A stretch of 64,000 nt of DNA from an uncultured Gammaproteobacteria bacterium (GTDB lineage Bacteria > Patescibacteriota > Microgenomatia > Levybacterales > GWA1-39-11). The notes under the pieces are model-generated. The model saw nothing but the letters and a program-made list of their open reading frames with translations. It was not told the DNA's origin and ran no database searches. A program made the translations under genes and the position numbers. The DNA lies in assembly GCA_964627245.1 (NCBI GenBank), contig CAZVGS010000001.1, positions 89,256-153,255 of the forward strand, given 5' to 3'. Positions 57,740 through 64,000 of this stretch are shown here, one piece after another (position 1 is the first letter of the stretch; the number at the start of each line of letters is the position of its first letter).

Positions 57740-59201
57740 AAGAAGTCAAGGTGCACCCAATAGATTTACGCTCCGAAAAGAATACTTTGGCGGTCTGGTC
57801 CTTGATTCCCATTCACCCAAGAATGAATTTATCCAGCCAGATGAATATGAGTTTTTAAGCGAATTAAAAGAAACAGAAGCGGCTATATATGATCAAGTCG
57901 CCCAAAATAATCCCAATTTAGCCCAAAGAGTTGATGCTTTTGCCCAGACTGGATTTGTGGAAAAAGGTCCTAATGGTGAAATTCTTTTGACAAACATCAG
58001 ACTTGTGGATCCTCCTCAAACAATCCGCGAAGGCGTTCTTACCGCTCCCATACGTGTATACGATATGTATACCAGAAAATGCAATCTCACCTGCGAACAT
58101 TGCTACGCTGCAAGCAATCCATTTATTAAAGAGGATAGACGCACCTTAGATCAGACAGCAGATATCATGAGGAAGTTTTATGATGCCGGAGCTATAGAAT
58201 GGCGCTTCACGGGTGGGGAACCCACAGTTTACCCTGACTTATTTGACGCTATTGATGTTGCGCAAGGATTAGGTATGAATGTTAGCCTGAATTCAAATGG
58301 ATGGTGGAGCGAAAATACTGCAAAAAAAGTACTTAGTGCTGGAATATCAGAAATGGTAATTAGCATTGAAGGTGAACCAGGAACAAATGACTTAAGAAGA
58401 AAGGTGGGTTCTTATGATCATGTAGTCGACACTCTCGATAAAGTGGCGCATCACAATAAATTATATCCGGATAAATATATGAATGTAATTATAAATACCG
58501 CGGTAGGCAGGGATAATATAAATGACGTAGAATTTGTGGTAAGACTGGCTGCAAAATATGGACACGATATGAACTTTCTTCCATTAAAACCCAGCGGAAG
58601 AGCAAGACATGGACTGCAAACCACGATGCTAAGCCCAAGGGAATGGATGGAATTTTCAAGAAAAGTAAACGAACTTAGATCGGATCCCGAAATAAAAGAT
58701 TCAGGAATTAAACTCAGTCATAAATATAAAGATCTGTTCTGCCCTACTGCTCCTGATCAATCCAATAAACCTTATCCCTTTAACTATGCTGAGTGTGGAG
58801 CAACAACCACAGCTATAAGCATGTTTCCAGATGGAAGGGTTTTCGCATGCCCCTTCGTAATAGAATTTGATGTTAATAATAAATTCGTTGGCCCCAATAT
58901 GATTACGTCATCAGTGGAAGACGCATGGAACGACTTACATATTGACACATTCAGAACTGCCGAGAAAACGCAAGGCTGCTCTAATTGCGGACATCTATCA
59001 AAAGGGTGCAGGGGTGCATGCAAGGCAACAGTTCTTGGGTATGGAGGAGAAATATCGGACGGTAAATTAAAAGGAGAAGATCCGTATTGCTATGCAAATC
59101 TCATGAACGAGAATGGCAAAAACATAGTAATTCCTGAAGACAAAAAGCAAGGACGCCAAATGCTCCCACTTATTGCAATAGATGATATCCCCACACTATA
59201 A
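57729..59201 (+). CDS. Radical SAM enzyme with a C-terminal SPASM domain and a ~110-aa N-terminal extension
   Basis: 490 aa. CNLTCEHCY (CxxxCxxC) at about residue 119, a GGEP motif, and SPASM cysteines C...GRVFAC...CSNCGHLSKGCRGAC. 11-nt overlap with the ComB-like gene. Confidence 0.8.
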   Translation: MSAERSQGAPNRFTLRKEYFGGLVLDSHSPKNEFIQPDEYEFLSELKETEAAIYDQVAQNNPNLAQRVDAFAQTGFVEKGPNGEILLTNIRLVDPPQTIREGVLTAPIRVYDMYTRKCNLTCEHCYAASNPFIKEDRRTLDQTADIMRKFYDAGAIEWRFTGGEPTVYPDLFDAIDVAQGLGMNVSLNSNGWWSENTAKKVLSAGISEMVISIEGEPGTNDLRRKVGSYDHVVDTLDKVAHHNKLYPDKYMNVIINTAVGRDNINDVEFVVRLAAKYGHDMNFLPLKPSGRARHGLQTTMLSPREWMEFSRKVNELRSDPEIKDSGIKLSHKYKDLFCPTAPDQSNKPYPFNYAECGATTTAISMFPDGRVFACPFVIEFDVNNKFVGPNMITSSVEDAWNDLHIDTFRTAEKTQGCSNCGHLSKGCRGACKATVLGYGGEISDGKLKGEDPYCYANLMNENGKNIVIPEDKKQGRQMLPLIAIDDIPTL

Positions 59202-59617
59202 GTTCTATTAAAAATCTTGATACTTTCAGATTTTATATTTGGATTAATCCAGACAATTCCGCATAATAACTTCAATCTCGTAGAATAACTAGGTTAATAA
59301 CCTTGAATAGTCACCCATTCAACATGTTAATCAAATTAATATTATATGAAAAACTGATTGGGAACGAGAAAATATACTAAAATTAGGCTATCTAAGGTCA
59401 ATTACTTAAATTTTGTTATTAAATCCTGATTTGTTTGAGGCATTAATTTAGTTGGTCGCATAACTGTTGTGAGCTACCCGACCCTATTTTCGAACGGATT
59501 GTTTCTCACGCTTTAAAGGTTTGGGAAGTGTACCAGCAGCTTCTCTAGCTAGGAAATCATCAGCTAGTAATTCTGCAAGCTCATCTAATATTTCATCTTC
59601 AGTTTTCTTTTTCTTAA

Positions 59618-60103
59618 CTACCTGACGGGACATAATATAAAAGCATGATGATGAACAATAGTATTTTTATATTCTATTGATTCAAGAGAGGTAGTAACAC
59701 TTGTTTCAGGGTAACTACCGGTTAGTTTATATCTGTATTGCCAATCTCCCTCAGGTTCAGGTTCACAATCTTCCATTAATCTAGTCTTCTCTCCAAGTTC
59801 TAATATCATATGTTTTAAATATGAGCCCACTTCTTTATCAGATATACCTAATGACGATAAAACTTCATCATTTGGTGTTCCGCCAGCATACAAACGAGTA
59901 AAGGTTTCATCTCCTACACGGACCAGTTCCTGTCCCCCACCAGAGCTACTAGCAAACCACTCGTCATGATAAGTTGCACCCTCTGGAAGCTCAACATGAC
60001 TCACATTACCAGAAAAATCTCCACGATTTATACTTTCAGGTTTGCCTCCAGCATACCCAGCGTTTAGACCGTTTGTTAAAGCTGATTTAAATTCCTGTTT
60101 CAC
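59618..60103 (-). pseudogene. Hypothetical gene apparently split by a -1 frameshift (161-aa ORF plus a 49-aa ORF at 59484..59633)
   Basis: The two ORFs overlap out of frame at 59618-59633. The downstream piece (MSRQVVKKKKTEDEILDELAELLADDFLAREAAGTLPKPLKREKQSVRK) has clear coding character. Confidence 0.35.
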
Positions 60104-60221
60104 TAAGTTGATTATACACCACAGCCATAAGGGACTCGAACGAAAAGTGAAGCTATAAATTAAAAGTTAAAAGTGGAAATAGTGTTTTCGAACCAAGTTT
60201 TGAGGTCAAAAAGAAATGTTG

Positions 60222-60293
60222 TGATCCGGCAGGGACTCGAACCCTGAACCCAAAGCTTAAAAGGCTTTTGCTCTACCATTGAGCTACCGGACC
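60222..60293 (-). tRNA. tRNA-Lys (anticodon TTT)
   Basis: Reverse complement reads GGTCCGGTAGCTCAATGGTAGAGCAAAAGCCTTTTAAGCTTTGGGTTCAGGGTTCGAGTCCCTGCCGGATCA. Full cloverleaf, anticodon loop CTTTTAA. Confidence 0.8.
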
Positions 60294-60441
60294 ATTCGGC
60301 TCAACCTTGGCCTTGTTCCACATAACCTCAATTGAACCGACCCTAATTTTACCAAATTTAGCCTTGTCTACGCAAATACCCCGTTAATTTGACAAAAAGT
60401 AAAAAGTTGCCCATACTATGCGTGAAAGGAGGTGAAAGATA

Positions 60442-61098
60442 ATGAATAGTGTTAATGACATTTTAATTAACACCCTCAACGGCTCGGTCACAACAATAAT
60501 ATCTTTTATTCCGCTCTTTCTATCAGGCTTCATAATTCTTCTAATTGGAGTAATAGCTTCAACTTTTTTAAGACAAATTGTAAGAGAAAGCTTGAAATTT
60601 ATTAAGTTCGAGAGTTTTCTAAGAAAATACGGAGTACCGCAAACAAAAGAAGCAGCCGACTGGAGCACAATCCTATCAGAAATCGCCAGATGGTTTATTA
60701 TAATTGTCTTTCTGATACCAGCAGCTCAAATCTGGGGACTTGGAAAATTTGGAGATGTTTTGAATAACTTACTTCTCTTCTTACCAAATGTTTTTATATC
60801 TGTATTACTGCTTTTGGTAGGATTTGTTGTATCAAAGCTTGTTTATGACCTTTTGATTGCATCTGTACAAGGGCTTTCTAGAGACGGTGCCAAGAGCATT
60901 GCTTTAACCGGGAAATGGGCTGTCTTGGCATTTGTTTTTTTGATAGTATTAAATCAGCTTGGTATTGCAAGCGATCTAATACAAATTCTCTTCTCTGGAA
61001 TTGTAGCAATGATCGCTATTGCAGGAGGTCTGGCTTTTGGGCTTGGAGGTAAAGATACCGCCAAAGATATTATCGAAAAATTTAAAAAAAGACTTTGA
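60442..61098 (+). CDS. Polytopic membrane protein of unknown function
   Basis: 218 aa with 5-6 hydrophobic helices. Confidence 0.45.
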   Translation: MNSVNDILINTLNGSVTTIISFIPLFLSGFIILLIGVIASTFLRQIVRESLKFIKFESFLRKYGVPQTKEAADWSTILSEIARWFIIIVFLIPAAQIWGLGKFGDVLNNLLLFLPNVFISVLLLLVGFVVSKLVYDLLIASVQGLSRDGAKSIALTGKWAVLAFVFLIVLNQLGIASDLIQILFSGIVAMIAIAGGLAFGLGGKDTAKDIIEKFKKRL

Positions 61099-61128
61099 TT
61101 TGAGTTGAAACAAAATTTTTCGTATAAT
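61099..61128 (+). promoter_or_regulatory. Sigma70-like promoter of tRNA-Glu (TTGAGT-18-TATAAT)
   Basis: -35 at 61099-61104, -10 at 61123-61128, 15 nt upstream of the tRNA. Confidence 0.5.
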
Positions 61129-61143
61129 ACGATTGCAACAAAA

Positions 61144-61217
61144 GGCCCCATCGTCTAGTGGCCTAGGACGTCGGGCTTTCATCCCGAAAATCGCGGGTTC
61201 GACTCCCGCTGGGGTCA
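61144..61217 (+). tRNA. tRNA-Glu (anticodon TTC)
   Basis: GGCCCCATCGTCTAGTGGCCTAGGACGTCGGGCTTTCATCCCGAAAATCGCGGGTTCGACTCCCGCTGGGGTCA. Anticodon loop CTTTCAT. The ORF-track ORF that starts at 61133 reads through it. Confidence 0.8.
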
Positions 61218-61258
61218 CAATTAACTTGCTCACTTTGGTTGAGATTTATTTTGTCATT

Positions 61259-62533
61259 ATGGGTGTAGTACTTATTTTAGGAACTCAGTGGGGAGATGAG
61301 GGAAAGGGAAAAGTTATCGATGCGCTGAGCAAAAACTCGGAATTCGTTGTCCGCTTCCAGGGCGGTAACAACGCAGGACATACGGTCATAAATCCTCTTG
61401 GAGAATTCAAACTTCACCTAATTCCTGCTGGTGTATTTGAAAAAAAATCAAAAGTAGCAATAGCAAATGGTGTTGTAATTGATCCTGAAGTACTTGTTGA
61501 AGAAATTGAAAGTCTTGAAAAAGCAGGAATTGATCTCAAAAATAGGCTATACATATCTCCAAGATGCCATATTATTTTGCCTTATCATAAGCTTTTGGAA
61601 AAGGTGTATGAGGAGGCAAAAGGAAAAGGCAAAACAGGAACCACGGGGCGTGGAATAGGTCCTGTCTATTCGGATAAAGTCGGCTACAACGGCATCAGAC
61701 TTTATGACTTAATGGATCCTAAAAAATTTAAGAACAAGCTTGAAATTCAGCTTGGGTTAAAAAATGCAATTCTTAAATCATACGGAATAAAACCTTTGTC
61801 ATTTAGCACCATAGAAAAAACAATGAAACCTATACGAAAAAAGTTGCTGCCGTATATTAATGAACCCTTTCCCTTCATCCAAGAAGCATTAAAGAAAAAT
61901 AAAAAAATTATGATCGAGGGCGCGCAAGCTGTTTTTCTTGACAACGACTGGGGAACCTACCCATTCGTGACTGCTTCAACCATCGTTTCTGGCGGCATAA
62001 CGGGAGGTGCGGGAATTGCACCTAAATACCTGAAAGAAATTATTGGAGTAATCAAAGCATATACCACAAGAGTTGGTGAAGGACCTTTTCCGACTGAATT
62101 TGATGCTAGCGAAAGTGAGCATATCAGAAACCTTGGCCTGGAATTTGGAGCAACGACAGGAAGGGCAAGAAGGTGCGGATGGCTTGATTTGGAGATGGTA
62201 AGATTTGCAGTCGAGTTGAATGGAATTACTGACCTTGCACTAACCAAAATTGATGTCCTAGATACATACAAAGAAATAAAGCTCTGCACCGGCTACAAAT
62301 TGGAAGGCAAAATCCTGAGGTATTATGACGGTGATGAAATCTTTCTTGATAACGTAGAACCTGTATACAAGACGATGAAAGGCTGGCAATCAAGCACAAA
62401 AGGCGTAACCTTATTTGATAAGCTTCCTAGAGAAGCAAAAGCTTACATCGCGGAGATTGAAAAGCAGACAGGAGTAAAAGTCGCATACATCTCAACAGGT
62501 CCTTCAAGGGAAGAGATGATAGCAAGAAGCTAG
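61259..62533 (+). CDS. purA: Adenylosuccinate synthetase
   Basis: MGVVLILGTQWGDEGKGKVIDAL P-loop, GGNNAGHT, TTGRGIGP, C-terminal conserved blocks. Start at the Met 61259. Confidence 0.9.
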   Translation: MGVVLILGTQWGDEGKGKVIDALSKNSEFVVRFQGGNNAGHTVINPLGEFKLHLIPAGVFEKKSKVAIANGVVIDPEVLVEEIESLEKAGIDLKNRLYISPRCHIILPYHKLLEKVYEEAKGKGKTGTTGRGIGPVYSDKVGYNGIRLYDLMDPKKFKNKLEIQLGLKNAILKSYGIKPLSFSTIEKTMKPIRKKLLPYINEPFPFIQEALKKNKKIMIEGAQAVFLDNDWGTYPFVTASTIVSGGITGGAGIAPKYLKEIIGVIKAYTTRVGEGPFPTEFDASESEHIRNLGLEFGATTGRARRCGWLDLEMVRFAVELNGITDLALTKIDVLDTYKEIKLCTGYKLEGKILRYYDGDEIFLDNVEPVYKTMKGWQSSTKGVTLFDKLPREAKAYIAEIEKQTGVKVAYISTGPSREEMIARS

Positions 62534-62994
62534 TCTATTTTTATAATCATATAGAAGACTTCGCCTTTCGGAGCATTTAGCACTGCCATATCTCCAACTT
62601 TTTTACCAATAAGTACCTTTCCCAAAGGTGAATGCTGAGAAATTTTTCTATTTGAAGGATCAGCTTCATAGTCTCCTACTATTGAAAAGACCGCTTGGTT
62701 TTTATTGTTTTCCACGGTAACTTTTGACCCTATACATACTCTATCCGAACCTGCTGTATCAGAAACTTCAGCAAGCTTTATCTGAATATCGAGTCTGAAT
62801 ATTTGGTTGTCAATTGACCTAAGCCTTGCTTTAGCAGCAGTATATAGCCCGTTTTCCGAAAGATCCCCCATACCTCGAGCATCAGCCAAGGTTCTGACTG
62901 CCTCAGGTCTTTCTTTTTTGAGTTTTTGAAGCTCATCTTGAAGTTTTTGGTATCCCTCCTTTGTTACGGGAATTCTTTTAATTTTCTTAATCAC
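62530..62994 (-). CDS. greA: Transcription elongation factor GreA
   Basis: 154 aa. N-terminal coiled coil with acidic tip (GDLSENG...), C-terminal FKBP-like domain. Confidence 0.85.
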   Translation of the reverse strand: MIKKIKRIPVTKEGYQKLQDELQKLKKERPEAVRTLADARGMGDLSENGLYTAAKARLRSIDNQIFRLDIQIKLAEVSDTAGSDRVCIGSKVTVENNKNQAVFSIVGDYEADPSNRKISQHSPLGKVLIGKKVGDMAVLNAPKGEVFYMIIKID

Positions 62995-63044
62995 AATAAA
63001 GTGTATTATACCCTATTCTGTGGTATAATTAACACATACTACAG

Positions 63045-63070
63045 GACACGAGCAACTCGTGTCTTTTTTT
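63045..63070 (+). terminator. Terminator-like hairpin GACACGAG-caa-CTCGTGTC + T7 in the typA leader, downstream of an extended -10 (TGgTATAAT at 63021-63029)
   Basis: Perfect 8-bp stem with a 3-nt loop followed by seven T, 7 nt before the typA ATG. Confidence 0.5.
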
Positions 63071-63077
63071 GACTAAC

Positions 63078-64000
63078 ATGGACAGCGATCAAATAAGAAA
63101 TATTGCAATAATTGCTCACGTCGACCACGGCAAAACAACCCTTGTCGATTCTATGCTCAAGCAAACTCATACATTCAGGGATAACCAAAAAGAAATGAGT
63201 GAAAATCTTATCATGGACTCAAATGATCTTGAGAAAGAAAAAGGTATTACAATTCTGTCAAAAAATAACTCGGTTAAATATAACAATGACAGTATGCCAC
63301 ACGGTGTAAAAATAAATATTATCGATACTCCAGGGCATGCCGATTTTGGCGGTGAAGTTGAGAGGATACTCAATATGGCGGATGGAGCAATTCTATTGGT
63401 TGACGCAGTTGAAGGACCTCTTCCCCAAACCAAATTCGTACTTAAAAAAGCTCTTGAGAGACATCTTAAAATAATTCTTCTTATTAATAAAATAGACAAA
63501 AAAGACGCACGCCCCAATGAAATTATTCAGGAAGTCGAAGGACTTTTTCTAGAATTAGCAACACACGATGACCACCTAAATTTCAAAACCCTATATGCTG
63601 TGGGCCGTGATGGCAAGGCTTTTGACAAGCTTCCTCAGAATTACGACACAAATACGCAAGGGGATCTCAAACCATTGTTTGAAGCGATTGTTTCAGAAAT
63701 TCCGAACAGTATTAAAGATCAGAATAAACCTTTTCAAATGCTTATCTCAACACTTGATGCAGATCCTCATGTCGGAAAGATATGTATCGGAAAGGTAACT
63801 CAGGGAAAATTGAAAAAAGGAGACATGGTAGCGCTGGTTGATGAGGATAGAGTAATTGGAACCAACAGGGTCCAGAAATTATTTACAAGCATCGGTCTTG
63901 AGAGGGTTGAAGTTGATGAAGTAACTGCAGGAGATATTGTAGCAATTGCAGGAATTCCAAATCTTACAATTGGCCAAACCGTCGCAGACCCTTCAAATCC
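63078..64000 (+). CDS. typA: Translational GTPase TypA/BipA (5' part; runs off the window end)
   Basis: IRNIAIIAHVDHGKTTLVD (G1), DTPGHADFGGE (G3), NKIDK (G4), then the EF-G-like domain II. Confidence 0.85.
   Translation, partial: MDSDQIRNIAIIAHVDHGKTTLVDSMLKQTHTFRDNQKEMSENLIMDSNDLEKEKGITILSKNNSVKYNNDSMPHGVKINIIDTPGHADFGGEVERILNMADGAILLVDAVEGPLPQTKFVLKKALERHLKIILLINKIDKKDARPNEIIQEVEGLFLELATHDDHLNFKTLYAVGRDGKAFDKLPQNYDTNTQGDLKPLFEAIVSEIPNSIKDQNKPFQMLISTLDADPHVGKICIGKVTQGKLKKGDMVALVDEDRVIGTNRVQKLFTSIGLERVEVDEVTAGDIVAIAGIPNLTIGQTVADPSN

Noticed and set aside
60128-60141. GGGACTCGAAC as a bona fide att-site duplicate of tRNA-Lys
   Set aside because: Only 11-12 nt of identity and no full tRNA fold. 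Kept as a low-confidence scar in the findings, not annotated as a feature.
61133-61258. ORF-track start of the purA ORF at 61133 (MQQKAPSSSGLGRRAFIPKIAGSTPAGV...)
   Set aside because: This stretch is tRNA-Glu(TTC) read as protein. purA starts at the conserved Met 61259 (MGVVLILGTQWGDEGKGK).
1-64000. CRISPR arrays, rRNA genes, IS elements with terminal inverted repeats
   Set aside because: I found no regularly spaced direct repeats, no rRNA-like conserved blocks and no transposase genes.

Overview
This window reads like a small, low-GC bacterial genome, possibly from the Candidate Phyla Radiation (CPR, a group of ultra-small bacteria); that is a guess from compact genes, weak ribosome-binding sites and many secreted Pro/Thr-linker proteins. 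Recognisable housekeeping genes are pgl, uvrA, uvrB, uvrC, lexA, eno, rsmI, secG, dus, ruvCAB, purA, greA, typA and a phosphomannomutase (PMM). I see four tRNAs: Lys-CTT, Arg-TCG, Lys-TTT and Glu-TTC. I found no rRNA and no CRISPR array.

Five things stand out:

(1) An integrated mobile element, roughly positions 4.1 to 20.2 kb. It is a plus-strand run of tiny ORFs with no known homologues, and it carries a CopG-like ribbon-helix-helix (RHH) protein, several zinc-ribbon proteins, a 1094-aa protein, a replication-initiator-like helix-turn-helix protein, a small ORF that could be a recombination directionality factor (RDF), and a 558-aa large serine recombinase. The recombinase's stop codon lies inside the 3' half of tRNA-Lys(CTT). 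A minus-strand cargo block (7.5-10.5 kb) holds a processive GT2 glycan synthase with the QxxRW motif (cellulose/chitin-synthase-like) and small secreted proteins. The element has its own repeated 23-nt promoter-like motif and a repeated leader that follows terminator hairpins. It also has a 780-bp ORF-free, hairpin-rich stretch and short direct repeats next to the Rep-like gene.

(2) Just past the att-site tRNAs sit a GIY-YIG gene and a GtrB-like / large membrane glycosyltransferase pair.

(3) One minus-strand DNA-repair cluster runs uvrB, APH-like kinase, PurM-like protein, uvrA, transglutaminase-like surface protein, uvrC. It is divergent from lexA, and the shared promoter region carries repeated TGTAGT/ACTACA palindromes.

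(4) A candidate, apparently undescribed, biosynthetic/export locus spans 50.9-59.2 kb. Minus strand: MarR, an HlyD-like adaptor, an FtsX-type permease and an ABC ATPase. Divergently on the plus strand: a kinase-fold protein, a Rossmann oxidoreductase, a ComB-like phosphatase, and a radical-SAM/SPASM enzyme with a ~110-aa N-terminal extension.

(5) Smaller items: a frameshifted gene and tRNA-like fragments beside tRNA-Lys(TTT), tandem cupin paralogues next to the phosphomannomutase, and a promoter + terminator-hairpin leader directly upstream of typA.

All calls come from reading the sequence and ORF translations. I ran no searches.
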